A stretch of 64,000 nt of DNA from an uncultured delta proteobacterium (GTDB taxonomy: Bacteria > Desulfobacterota > Binatia > Binatales > Binataceae), in the NCBI GenBank assembly GCA_963733715.1, contig CAVTEN010000025.1:24931-88930 (forward strand). Direction: 5' to 3'. The translations under genes were made by a program, and so were the position numbers. The notes under the pieces are model-generated. The model was not told the origin of the DNA. It did not search any database and saw only the letters and a list, made by a program, of their open reading frames with translations. Shown here piece by piece: positions 29,834 through 39,899 of this stretch (positions are counted from its first letter, which is position 1; each line of letters begins with the position of its first letter).

Positions 29834-30475
29834 ATGGCCGATGATCTAACTCTTTGGGGAGTAGGGACCAGCCGCACGATGCGGCCTCATTGGATGCTGC
29901 TGGAACTAGGCCTGGAGTACGAGTATCACGCGATAGGTTCGCGCACTGGGGAGACTAAGACCGACGAATTCCTTCGGATCAATCCCCGGCATAAGATTCC
30001 AGTCCTTCGCCATGGATCTTTTATACTTACCGAAAGCGCGGCGATCATTCAGTATCTTAGTGAGACCTTCACCAGGCCTGAATCGATAGCTGTGCCGCGA
30101 GATACTGAGAGCCGCGCCGCTCTCAGTGAGTGGTGCTATTTCATCGCGACGGAGCTCGATGCGGGCTCACTCTACGTGATGCGGCGCCACGTAGGACTCG
30201 AGCACGTCTATGGCGCGGCGCCAAAGGCGGTAGAGGCGGCGAGAAGCTACTTCATGGAGAATGCCGAAGCGATGGCTCCCAGGATCGCAAGGTCGGGAAA
30301 ATATCTCATGGGTGATCAATTCAGTGTCGCCGATATCCTTCTGATGACTTGCCTGGATTGGGCGGTCACGGACCGAATTCCCCTATCCGATAGCTTGCAC
30401 GAGTATAGATCGCGTGTTGCTGCCCGGCCGGCGTACCGGAAGGCTCTCGAAAGAAATTTTCCGGCGCGAGGGTAG
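29834..30475 (+). CDS. Glutathione S-transferase family protein
   Basis: 213 aa. N-terminal thioredoxin-like part with KIPVLRHGSFILTESAAIIQYL (GSH-binding motif). Confidence 0.8.
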   Translation: MADDLTLWGVGTSRTMRPHWMLLELGLEYEYHAIGSRTGETKTDEFLRINPRHKIPVLRHGSFILTESAAIIQYLSETFTRPESIAVPRDTESRAALSEWCYFIATELDAGSLYVMRRHVGLEHVYGAAPKAVEAARSYFMENAEAMAPRIARSGKYLMGDQFSVADILLMTCLDWAVTDRIPLSDSLHEYRSRVAARPAYRKALERNFPARG

Positions 30476-30511
30476 ATCAAATGAAGCCGTTAGGGCACCA
30501 GGAGTAAGCAA

Positions 30512-31724
30512 ATGGCCGGTGCGCTTGAGGGAGTCCGAGTACTTGATCTGACGACGATGGTCGCGGGCCCGGTCGCGACCATGATGCTAGCTGACCAGGG
30601 CGCTGACGTTATCAAGGTCGAATCGCCGCGCGGCGATCTTATGCGTCATTTCAGCCGTGGCCGCAACGGAATGAATGCGTCCTTTCTAAGCTGCAACCGG
30701 AACAAGCGCTCACTAGCCGTCGATCTCAAGTCAGAAGATGGTCTCCAGATCCTTAAGCGGCTGATAGCTACTGCACAGGTATTCGTTCATAACTTCCGTC
30801 CCGGAATCGCTGAGCGGATAGGTCTCGGCGAAGAAGTAGTAAGATCTGTTCGACGCGACATAGTCTACGTATCGATCACTGGCTATGGGACCAAGGGGCC
30901 CTATGCCAACCAGCGGGCCTATGATCCTGTGATCCAGGCTATGTCCGGCCTTGCGGATATTCAGCGCGACAGGGATACCGGGCGCCCCAGGATGGTGCGA
31001 ACAATCATAGCAGACTACACCACCGCTTTGACGGCAGCTCAGGCGATAACCGCCGCGCTTTTTGCGCGCGAGCGATCCGGCGAAGGTCAGCACGTGCGGC
31101 TCTCGATGCTCGACTGCAATGATTTCCTACCTGTGGCCAGAGGCGATGCCCAGCTTGACCTTTATAGGTTCAGAGACCGATCCCTCGGACGGCGAGTTGG
31201 GTCCCGATCTCGTATTCGCGACGCAGGATCGCTATATAACCGCCGCGGCGCTGTCGGACGACGAATGGGCCGGCATGTGCCGTGCGCTTAATCGGCAGGA
31301 ACTCATCGAGGATCCCCGCTTCAAGACCGCACGCGATCGATCGATAAACGCGGTGGAGCGGCGCACGATAACCTCGACCGAGTTGGAGAAATGGCGCGCC
31401 GATGAAATCCTGCCGCGGCTGCTCGCCAACGACGTTCCATGCGCGCCGGTCCGCAGCCGTTTCGAACTGCTGCAGGACGATCAAGTCCGCGAAAACCACA
31501 TCCTCGAGGAGTTTGAGAGCAAGGAATTCGGGAAGGTGCGAATGCCGCGGGCGGCGGCGCAATTCGATCGCACGCCTGCCAAGGTCCGCACGCTGGCACC
31601 CATGCTGGGCGCGGACAATGCGAGCATCCTCGCAGATCTTGGCTACGGCGCAGACGACATCGCGCGGTTTGAAAACAGTGGAGTCCTACACACTCAATCG
31701 AAGAAGGAATCGGCTGGTGGATAA
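30512..31724 (+). pseudogene. Family III CoA-transferase (CaiB/BaiF type); frameshift ~31100-31125
   Basis: LEGVRVLDLTTMVAGP N-terminus and NKRSLAVDLK motif. Continues in the frame of track ORF 31062..31724 (AMISYLWPEAM...RMPRAAAQFDRTP...LGADN). Confidence 0.8.
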
Positions 31725-32424
31725 AAATAATCCAGTTGCAATCGTGACCGGGGTAGGTCCTGGGACAGGGGCGGCGATCGCTCGCCGCTTCGCGCGCGGC
31801 GGATATTCGGTTGCGATGCTAGCGCGGAATCGCGATCGGCTCGCCTCGCTTGAACGCGAGATCGCGAACTCGTACGCGTATCAATGTGATGTCACAGACG
31901 AAATGCAGCTCGACAAAACCCTGGACACGATACGCGCCAAACTCGGTGCGCCCAAGGTGTTGGTTCACAATGCGGTTGGCGGCGCATTCGGGAACTTCAT
32001 GGAAATCGATCCCAAAGTGCTCAATCAGAACTTCCAGGTGAACACGATGGCGCTGCTGTATCTCGCTCGGCGCCTCGCACCCGCGATGGTCGCCGCGGGA
32101 GAAGGCGCTATCATCGCCAGCGGCAATACCTCGGCTCTTCGCGGCAAAGCCAGCTTTGCCGGGTTCGCTCCCACCAAGGCCGCGCAACGGATCCTCGCAG
32201 AGTCAATGGCCCGGGAGCTAGGACCCAAGGGTGTGCATGTCGCCTACGTTCTGATCGACGCGGTCATCGATCTGGAGTGGACGCGCAAGCGCTTTCCTGA
32301 CGCTCCCAACGAGTTCTTCATCAAACCCGCTGCCATAGCCGACGAAATCTGGCACGTCGCGCATCAGGATCGCAGCGCCTGGTCATTCAATGTCGAGATA
32401 AGGCCATTTCGCGAGACCTGGTGA
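31717..32424 (+). CDS. Atypical SDR-fold oxidoreductase, paralog C (FxxxK)
   Basis: GTG 31717 behind SD aaggaa, overlapping the CoA-transferase stop. TGVGPGTGAAIA, FAGFAPTKAAQ, C-terminus WSFNVEIRPFRETW. Confidence 0.7.
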   Translation: MDKNNPVAIVTGVGPGTGAAIARRFARGGYSVAMLARNRDRLASLEREIANSYAYQCDVTDEMQLDKTLDTIRAKLGAPKVLVHNAVGGAFGNFMEIDPKVLNQNFQVNTMALLYLARRLAPAMVAAGEGAIIASGNTSALRGKASFAGFAPTKAAQRILAESMARELGPKGVHVAYVLIDAVIDLEWTRKRFPDAPNEFFIKPAAIADEIWHVAHQDRSAWSFNVEIRPFRETW

Positions 32425-32454
32425 GCTATAGGTCTTGCCTAAGAGGTACTTCTC

Positions 32455-33279
32455 ATGAGTGACCTGCGAATATTTTCTTACTTGCCTAACCCACGCATCT
32501 GGAAAGCTACTATTGCGGCGCGTCTCTGCGGCGTCGACGTCGAGGTAAGAGGAAGCTCGCCTAAGGAATTACAATCATGGCTATGGGACTTTGACGCGCA
32601 TCCCCTATCGGGCAACGGTCTGACGACATCTGCTGACACTCAGACTGGCAAGGTCGGTTTCTCTGGAACTCTGCATAAGACTGCCGCATTCATGGAGGCT
32701 CATCCGTTTGGCACAGTCCCAGCCGCCTTCAGTCCTGACGGGAAGACCGGGATTTTCGAGTCTAACAGTATCATGCGAGCTGTGGCCCGCCTCGGTGAAA
32801 AACGGTTCCCGCTCTATGGCCGCGATGCCTATGAAGCCTCGCGCATCGACAGCTTCCTCGATGCTAGTCTGGTGTTTGCGCGCGACTCGCAGATCTATCT
32901 GCTTTCTTTGATCAGCGGAACAGTGTCGCCTGAGATTCACTCGAGAATGCGCGACGGATTCAAGGTCTACCTGGGTGGAATCAACCAAGCGCTGTCGCCC
33001 AATCGCGACTTCCTGGTGGCTGCGAATATTTCCCTGGCGGATATCTGTTTCGTTGCCGAATTGGTCCTGTTTTTCAACGAAAAGGCGAGATCCGGAGAGT
33101 TACAAAAGAAAGGACTCGAGCCGATTCTGCATCCTGGCGTCGATGGTGAATATCCGCGGGCCTTCGCGCACTTCTCCAGGCTGCGCGCGCACCCGGCGTT
33201 CGCGCCTGACGTGGAGCCGTACTTAAAGAAACTTGAATCATCGAAACGCAGCGATGCTGAACGCTCGCCGGCGCGCTAG
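32455..33279 (+). CDS. Glutathione S-transferase-like protein (EF1B-gamma-like subgroup)
   Basis: 274 aa. N-terminal GST fold (FGTVPAAF...IFESNSIMRAVA) and C-terminal helical GST domain (SLADICFVAEL). Confidence 0.65.
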   Translation: MSDLRIFSYLPNPRIWKATIAARLCGVDVEVRGSSPKELQSWLWDFDAHPLSGNGLTTSADTQTGKVGFSGTLHKTAAFMEAHPFGTVPAAFSPDGKTGIFESNSIMRAVARLGEKRFPLYGRDAYEASRIDSFLDASLVFARDSQIYLLSLISGTVSPEIHSRMRDGFKVYLGGINQALSPNRDFLVAANISLADICFVAELVLFFNEKARSGELQKKGLEPILHPGVDGEYPRAFAHFSRLRAHPAFAPDVEPYLKKLESSKRSDAERSPAR

Positions 33280-33297
33280 TCAGAAAGGAAAATCCTC

Positions 33298-34083
33298 ATG
33301 AACAAGGTACGTTTCGAAACATCGGACGCTCTAGGTCTGCTGACTCTCACGAATCCGCCGCTCAATCTGTTCAGCATGGAGTTAATAGAAGATCTTCGTG
33401 CCGCAGTGACAGAGGCTAAGAACAGGCCCCTGAGAGCATTATTGGTGCGAGCCGAGGGAAAGGTGTTTTCCGGCGGCGCCGACGTGAGTGTGTTCAAGGG
33501 TAAGACTTCCAGCGAAGCTCGCAACCTGTTCACCAGCCAGCTTAAGCTGATTGCCGACCTCGAAGAGTTACCCTTTCCCACGCTGGCCGCAGTTCAAGGC
33601 CTATGTATCGCGGCCGGGCTGGAACTTGCGCTCGCGTGTGATTTGATCTGGGCGGCTGCATCGGCGCGTTTCGGTCAGGCTGAGGCGTCGATTGGAACGA
33701 CGACTCTTCTCGGCGGTGTTCAGCGCCTGGCCGAGCGCGCGGGACCAAGCCGAGCCCGCGAGATCATCTACACGGCAGACCAGTACGATGCGGCTACCTT
33801 TGAGCGATGGAATATTGTGAACCGGGTCGTTCCCGATGAGACCTTTGAATCGCAGACGAGGGCATTCGCCGAGCGTCTTTCCAACGGCGCGACCCTCGCC
33901 TATGCGGCCGGCAAGCGGATCGTTCGAGCTTATCTGGATGGTGGCATTCGCGCGGCGGACAAGGTTGTGAACGCGGTGGCTCCGTCGCTCTTTGACACTG
34001 AAGACATGCGTGCCGGAGTAGCTGGTTTGCTCGAGCATGGCCCGCGTGCTTTTCGCGACAAAGTAGTATTTCGCGGACGCTAG
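33298..34083 (+). CDS. Enoyl-CoA hydratase/isomerase (crotonase) family protein
   Basis: 261 aa. FSGGADV and AAVQGLCIAAGLELALACD oxyanion-hole motifs. Confidence 0.85.
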   Translation: MNKVRFETSDALGLLTLTNPPLNLFSMELIEDLRAAVTEAKNRPLRALLVRAEGKVFSGGADVSVFKGKTSSEARNLFTSQLKLIADLEELPFPTLAAVQGLCIAAGLELALACDLIWAAASARFGQAEASIGTTTLLGGVQRLAERAGPSRAREIIYTADQYDAATFERWNIVNRVVPDETFESQTRAFAERLSNGATLAYAAGKRIVRAYLDGGIRAADKVVNAVAPSLFDTEDMRAGVAGLLEHGPRAFRDKVVFRGR

Positions 34084-34086
34084 CAA

Positions 34087-34737
34087 TCAGCCTTTGCGCG
34101 TCGATTCATTCATCATCCGAATCATCGCCTGAGTCGTAGCAGTGTCGTTGAGCCGCGGAAACGGTTCGTCAGGGATAGGAACATCGAGGAAGCGGCAGAG
34201 CGGCGCCCATCCTTCACGCACGTCGAACTCGAGCAGACGCGCGGGATCGACAGAATCGCGGACTTCTTGATTGTGCCGCTTGAACACCTCGATCGCGTGG
34301 GCCTTATCTTCGAAGCGGTTGTCGAACGTTTCAACAAGAATCGACTTTCGGACCATCTCGCTCTGCTGCCGAACGAGCTCGGGCGCATGGTCAGGCGCCG
34401 GGAATTTCATCGGTTGGTAGATGGTATTGATCATGCTCGCGTACCACGCTTCCGGATCGCGAACTGACAGCAGCACTTTCGCGTCTGAATAGTGAGCAGC
34501 AATTTCGCGCCACCATCGCGCACTCGGCCAATCGACGGTCGCATGGAAGCCGCTAAAGAGCTGGTCCCAATCCATCTGATCCTCGAATGCCAGCCGATGC
34601 CACATCGCGATATGTTCGGGCCGCCCAAATACCTCCGCCATGTGATAGCAGGGTCCGAAGCCAACCTTTTCGAGCGCAGTTTTAAGTGAGAGAGTGCCGG
34701 TTCGTCCGAATCCGGCGCCGACTACCTTCAATGCCAT
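34087..34737 (-). CDS. Sulfotransferase family protein
   Basis: 216 aa. GAGFGRTGTLSLKTAL PAPS-binding-loop-like N-terminus and SVRDPEAWYAS motif. Confidence 0.7.
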   Translation of the reverse strand: MALKVVGAGFGRTGTLSLKTALEKVGFGPCYHMAEVFGRPEHIAMWHRLAFEDQMDWDQLFSGFHATVDWPSARWWREIAAHYSDAKVLLSVRDPEAWYASMINTIYQPMKFPAPDHAPELVRQQSEMVRKSILVETFDNRFEDKAHAIEVFKRHNQEVRDSVDPARLLEFDVREGWAPLCRFLDVPIPDEPFPRLNDTATTQAMIRMMNESTRKG

Positions 34738-34791
34738 GAGTACGACTCCTGCCCAAGGGCGTTCGAGTCACACTACCATGTCGGAATTAAT

Positions 34792-34841
34792 TGGTGGAGC
34801 TGACGCGGATCGAACGCGCGACCTCCTGAATGCCATTCAGG
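34792..34841. repeat. attL: 50-bp direct repeat identical to the 3' part of tRNA-Ala
   Basis: tggtggagctgacgcggatcgaacgcgcgacctcctgaatgccattcagg is identical to 44732-44781. The sequence diverges immediately outside on both sides. Confidence 0.95.
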
Positions 34842-35114
34842 TTAGGGCTATTTTAGGCTTATATTCCTAGACTTTTCATATTAGCAAAAACGCTAACTTC
34901 CAAGCCCGTTCAAGTCACGGTTCTAGGCTTGAACACCAGTCATAAACACTGGATATATATAGGCTTTCGTATATAGTCAGGATACAGATCAGAGTTATAG
35001 TTTTGTAGTAAACCGCTAATCCAATGCGTTGATTCTGACATTTCGCCTGCCTGCCTCATCTGCTAGCAATCTGCTAGCAAATCGGGTAACCTGACTTTAT
35101 TGGAGAAACAAAAG

Positions 35115-36417
35115 ATGGCGATCAATTTAGACACAATCGAGATTCGCGATAAGGTTCAGAAATCTACCACTACCAAGCCCGCCAGTATCGACGCCCGCGC
35201 AGAACCGGCGCCACCATTAACCGACCCTCGAATCAGGACGCTCAAGCAGCCAGAACGTGGCAATTCGATGGTGCCTGATGGCATTGTTCCAGGTTTGTAT
35301 CTGCGAATTTCCCAAGGCGGAAAGAAATCTTGGCTGGCAACGTACCGCATAAAAGGCGACAGCAGGATGGTTTACCATACTTTTGGTAACTATCCAGGAT
35401 ACGACACTTGGCAAAGCCCGCGATCTCGCTCGACAGTATCGATCACAAGCCAAGCTTGGGATTGATCCACGGCCACAAGAACAGCCGGTTATCGAACTAC
35501 CGACAGTTGCCGATCTTTGCACTGACTATATCGACAATCACGCCATACATAAGCGGAAAGCCTCACAGTACGAAGACAAGGCCATGATCGAGAACTACAT
35601 AAAACCAAAGCTAGGTAAGCTGACTATTGCTGCGGTTACAAGGTTCAATATCGAGGCTTTACTCAATGAAATAGGTCAGCCCAAGAAAGAGAATCATCCT
35701 TACCGTGCTAACCGTGTACGATCATTGCTCAGTACCATGTTTAATCGAGCAGTCGAGGTACATAACTGGTGTACTAGGAATCCAGTTATAGGAACGATCA
35801 AGTTTCCTGAACACGCTCGAAAGCGTTATCTCAGTGCTGAGGAAGCATCACGGTTGATTACCGCGTTGAGTAACTACAAGGATCAGACAGTAGCTAATGC
35901 GATCTTATTCATGCTCTTTACTGGCGCTAGGTCAGGTGAGGTTTTGAGTGTTACTTGGGATCACTTTCTCGATACAGGTGACAAGGTTATATGGAGCAAG
36001 CCATCAGCCCACACTAAGCAGAAACAAGATCATCACGTACCGCTGAATCCTTACGCTATCGAGGTACTTAGACGGATCAAGGAACATAACGAACCGGATC
36101 AGGTTCAGCTATTCCCAAGTAGAGACGGTAAGACGCATCTGGTAACTATAAAGAAATCTTGGAAAACGATACTAACGGCGGCTAAGATCGCGGACCATCC
36201 CGAATTTGGCAGGTTCCGTATCCATGATTTGCGACATTCGTTTGCCAGTCTGCTAATCAACAAGGGTGTATCGCTTGACGTTATCGGCCAGCTCCTAGGC
36301 CATACCAAGATCTCGACAACGTACAGATATGCACACTTAAACACTGCCTCACTGAGTGAGGGAACAAACAAATTAGCTTTGGATTTTCCAGTCCGTGAGG
36401 TTTCAACCCATGAGTGA
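35115..36417 (+). pseudogene. Tyrosine recombinase/integrase (P4-like, N-terminal arm-binding DUF4102-type domain); frameshift ~35390-35410
   Basis: SD ggag + ATG 35115. N-terminus LTDPRIRTLKQPERG...GLYLRISQGGKKSWLATYR...FGNYPG, then TLGKARDLARQYRSQAKLGIDP in the frame of ORF 35383..36417. Catalytic RIHDLRHSFAS...LGHTKISTTYRYAHL. Confidence 0.85.
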
Positions 36418-36595
36418 CATTGAAATCCGAATAGGTGCGGGCATAGCGCTTACTTTACTGCTGTTTTTTCTCGGCAGAACGCTTGTATGGTGGTACTTTG
36501 GAATTGATAGGGCACTGGAGCTGCTCGCGTCGATTGATAAATCCTTGAAGCAACTGCCAGCGGTCCAACGGTCTACCTATCGCAAAGAAGCCTGA
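36410..36595 (+). CDS. Small single-pass membrane protein, unknown function
   Basis: ATG 36410 overlaps the integrase end. MSDIEIRIGAGIALTLLLFFLGRTLVWWYF... has one TM helix. Followed by a terminator-like hairpin. Confidence 0.45.
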   Translation: MSDIEIRIGAGIALTLLLFFLGRTLVWWYFGIDRALELLASIDKSLKQLPAVQRSTYRKEA

Positions 36596-36613
36596 ACATA
36601 CGATTCAGAACAT

Positions 36614-36652
36614 ATGCCCTGTCAGCCGGAAACGGCTATTCAGGGCATTTTC
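36614..36652 (+). terminator. Terminator-like hairpin after the integrase/small-ORF unit
   Basis: atgccctg..agccg-gaaa-cggct..cagggcat, a two-tier stem with GNRA loop, followed by TTTT. Confidence 0.5.
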
Positions 36653-37326
36653 ATATGTCCGGTGGCATCTCTGCCTAGCCGGAATACTCGGAAGGCTTAA
36701 AAGGGCTGTAATGAGGGAATTTAAATAAAAGAAAACCCACAACTGGGAATTAGTCAGTTATGGGTTAGCAGAGGAAACTCCGATTGTTTTCATTGTGGTG
36801 AATGGTCGCTGCTAGGCGAGTACAACCGGTTTAGTCGGAATGGACGGGAGACCAACTAGGGCTAAGTGTTACATTTTATTCGGAGATTTGCAAGTGGGCG
36901 GCTAAGGACTTAGACAGTTCAGATAACCATTCAATCACCCCATAGTTGCATTTCCTTCCAATTTCCGTTACAAACGTAAGTACTGCTAGGGTTGCTTCAT
37001 TGTTCACTCAGTTCTCAATCAAAGCAGTCAGACGTAAGGCGCTATACTTCACATTGGAAGTAACTTACCTATCAGGACAATCGGTAACACTAATTGATCC
37101 TGACCATAGTACGAATGGAATGGAGAGGGAAACTAAAACACTCCCTCTTTATTAAATCGTCATTGTCATTCCGATTTAATCGGACAGACTCCAGGCCTCA
37201 ACCTTCACAATATAAGAGGTTTGGATTTACAAAAATAACTGTACTCGCATTCCATGCGAGTACGACAGCCTTCCTAGGCTGTCATTATAAGTAATATATA
37301 GGAACCAAGGGAGAAGATTAAAGAAT

Positions 37327-37542
37327 ATGAAATCAGGGAAAATAGAAGAGAATAAATATGTAACCTATGTCTGTGAACTGCTAGAACATGTGCTCTATCC
37401 TAGCATTGGATTAGAACAGAGAGACTTACCAACGGTAATGAGCCTCAGACGCTTGTGCGCAAAGTTTGCCTATGATCTGAAACTTAGTGTCAAACAGCGA
37501 AGCTTCATACATTACCTGTCATATAAGTACTTAGGAAAATAA
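37327..37542 (+). CDS. Hypothetical protein (71 aa), island ORFan
   Basis: SD gggag upstream of the ATG. AT-rich codon usage consistent with the island. No recognisable motif. Confidence 0.5.
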   Translation: MKSGKIEENKYVTYVCELLEHVLYPSIGLEQRDLPTVMSLRRLCAKFAYDLKLSVKQRSFIHYLSYKYLGK

Positions 37543-37545
37543 ACA

Positions 37546-37734
37546 ATGTCAATATTATCAGATGAACAGATGCAGGACTTTGAGGCTATGAGCAGGATTC
37601 ATGGTGTGGAGTTTGCTATTAAATCTGCTGAGAAGTATTTACAGAAGAGACTCAGACGGAAAGGACTTAGGAAGGATGAGCAAACCGCCTTACTAGAGGC
37701 ATTGCGTAAGGAATTGTCAGCTACGGAGAGTTAA
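37546..37734 (+). CDS. Hypothetical helical basic protein (62 aa), island ORFan
   Basis: Starts 1 nt after the previous stop. Predicted all-helical, Lys/Arg-rich (KRLRRKGLRKDEQ). Could be a small DNA-binding or regulatory protein. Confidence 0.45.
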   Translation: MSILSDEQMQDFEAMSRIHGVEFAIKSAEKYLQKRLRRKGLRKDEQTALLEALRKELSATES

Positions 37735-38096
37735 CTACCCTTAGAATCTATCCACACATCCACAAGCACAGTTCCGGTCTCTGCCGTACATGCCAGACTT
37801 ACAGTCGGACTTGAATAGTTGGTCAGGTAATTACCTGACACAAATTCATATCCAAGAGTAGCACTGGGCGTTGTACTTGAAGGCTGACCGTTAACAAGTC
37901 CAGGAATGCAATTCACTGAACCATCACGCGCATGCATGGTCCAGTATAATCGTGTTGGGTCGAATGCTAGTACCTGAGTATTGGTAGTTACAGAGACTTG
38001 AATATAGCTTGGACTGCCTGTCACGATCTGAGCCCTAGAGACACCGGACATAGATATTACACATAAAAAGATATAAGCGATGAGAAATGTTTTCAT
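37731..38096 (-). CDS. Secreted small beta-rich protein (121 aa), last gene of the island operon
   Basis: Start at ATG 38096 (MKTFLIAYIFLCVISMSGVSRAQ, Sec signal) overlaps the upstream stop as TAATG. Two Cys. Confidence 0.65.
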   Translation of the reverse strand: MKTFLIAYIFLCVISMSGVSRAQIVTGSPSYIQVSVTTNTQVLAFDPTRLYWTMHARDGSVNCIPGLVNGQPSSTTPSATLGYEFVSGNYLTNYSSPTVSLACTAETGTVLVDVWIDSKGS

Positions 38097-39877
38097 TAGA
38101 CTGGTACCACTAGAGTTTTGATTTGGGCTGACCAATCCGCTAGAAGTCCTTGAATGTTAGCGGTTGGTATTTTGAGATTTGTAAGATTATTGGTAACGTA
38201 GGTAGCATCGACCAATGATTTGATAAACTGTTCCTTGATTGCTGCAACCTTTTCTCTGAGAAGGATTGCCTGATTTCTTGGCAATAGTAATCCGAAGGTA
38301 TCGACGCGACGTGCCTGTAATTCTGTTTCTAGTAGAATAATTGTCATCGGCACTAGTGAGAGATCAAGGCCACTGATGCCTATAGCTGCTGACATGGCAG
38401 CGAAATCTGTCTGACCACTAAGATAACTGGATTTGGCTTGCTGTATATTGAGCCTGATACGCTGAGCCTCTAACTTTGCCTCTGCTCTTGCAGTAGCCGC
38501 AATCTCACGACCATGAAGTTTGCTTGACGCGATGCCATAGTAGCCATCGGCTAGGTTTGTATCCATGCCAGCGGCGGTTAGACTGGCTACATACTGCGCA
38601 TCTGCCAGTTGGTTCGTGTTGTAAAGTGTATCAATCTCACGTCGATACAAACCTAGCAGCGTGTCTAATTTCCGCTGGGCAACGGTGAGAATTATCAGAT
38701 TGATAGCTGTAGTTCCGTAACCTATATTTGTCAGGTCAGTATTTAATTCCGCTTCAGAGATAGTGCCCAGCTCGGATGAACGTATTACCGATGCAACGTA
38801 GCCCTGTCTCAATGCCGAAACTGATTTATACTCGTAAGCATTTAACAGAGTCGGTATGTTTGTGTCGCTGATGCCGGAATCTTCTAGTAGTAACTGCACC
38901 TGATTTCTGTCAAAAGGCGCGTCTGTGTAGAGATTGGTTAATTGTCTAGGATTGAGTGGCCTAAATGCAGTTGCTTTAGTCGAATCAACATAGTCAGCAC
39001 GAACACCGGCATACGCGAGCAACGTATCGGCCTGCGTATCAGTGATCTTACGGCGCGCATATTGTCCCAGGGCTGGACCGATTGCAGGAACATAGGGTCT
39101 GAACTTCTGATTGACCTGATATTTGCGATTCGCACCTATTGACGCTTCCCAGTACGGACCATGCAGATTCTTGCGGATGTCTTCATAGGCTAGTAGCTCG
39201 ACTAGTAGTACGGCATTGTTTGACCATAGGCTACTCATTGGGTAACCGAGAAACTTAGCCAAATCGCTTAGAATATGAATGCCTTGACCTATGATCCAAG
39301 CGAATCCGAATGCCCTGAAGCCTCTATCTTCTGCATTATCAGGAGTGATTGGACCACCGTTCTCTATAACCGTTTCCGTTAATTGGAAAACTGATTTGGG
39401 TAGTAGATCGACCCAATCACTTGTATGTGTAGTTAGCGATAGAAGGGGTGCCTCTAGCTGCTTGAGTATCGTAGTTGCCGGTGTATTGCTGCCAGTGATA
39501 AGCTTGCCAATCTCATTATTTGCATAGTCGAATAGCTTGGCGAGTAAGTCCTTGAGGTATGAGAGAATGCGATTCGCTTCGGCTGGATCAACACTGCCGA
39601 GATACTTTAATACCTTGATTGTTTCTGGCGCGTAGCGAGATGGATCAATTCTTACTCTTGCAGGGTCGCCAAGAATCTGACCGACCTGCGGATCAATGAT
39701 GCCTAACTCTACCATCCGATCCAAGAGATCCTTACCGGCAATGTCCAAATCATTGATCTCTTTAAGTTGCTCTACAATTCCGCTTACGTTGAACGTCTCG
39801 GAATTGGTTAAAGTGTCGTTTATGCCTGATAATTGCTGAGCGATAACTGTAGTGTTCTTGTCTGCATCAGCAGGCAA
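38096..39877 (-). CDS. Large island protein (593 aa): central hydrophobic segment and long C-terminal helical region; tape-measure-like or membrane-active, unknown
   Basis: Long uninterrupted ORF in AT-rich DNA. Hydrophobic stretch FRAFGFAWIIGQGIHILSDLAKFLGYP...AVLLVELLAY. C-terminal Ala/Leu/Gln-rich helices. No Walker A. TTG start is uncertain. Confidence 0.7.
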   Translation of the reverse strand: MPADADKNTTVIAQQLSGINDTLTNSETFNVSGIVEQLKEINDLDIAGKDLLDRMVELGIIDPQVGQILGDPARVRIDPSRYAPETIKVLKYLGSVDPAEANRILSYLKDLLAKLFDYANNEIGKLITGSNTPATTILKQLEAPLLSLTTHTSDWVDLLPKSVFQLTETVIENGGPITPDNAEDRGFRAFGFAWIIGQGIHILSDLAKFLGYPMSSLWSNNAVLLVELLAYEDIRKNLHGPYWEASIGANRKYQVNQKFRPYVPAIGPALGQYARRKITDTQADTLLAYAGVRADYVDSTKATAFRPLNPRQLTNLYTDAPFDRNQVQLLLEDSGISDTNIPTLLNAYEYKSVSALRQGYVASVIRSSELGTISEAELNTDLTNIGYGTTAINLIILTVAQRKLDTLLGLYRREIDTLYNTNQLADAQYVASLTAAGMDTNLADGYYGIASSKLHGREIAATARAEAKLEAQRIRLNIQQAKSSYLSGQTDFAAMSAAIGISGLDLSLVPMTIILLETELQARRVDTFGLLLPRNQAILLREKVAAIKEQFIKSLVDATYVTNNLTNLKIPTANIQGLLADWSAQIKTLVVPV

Positions 39878-39899
39878 AGCAGCTACTGACGTATTTATA

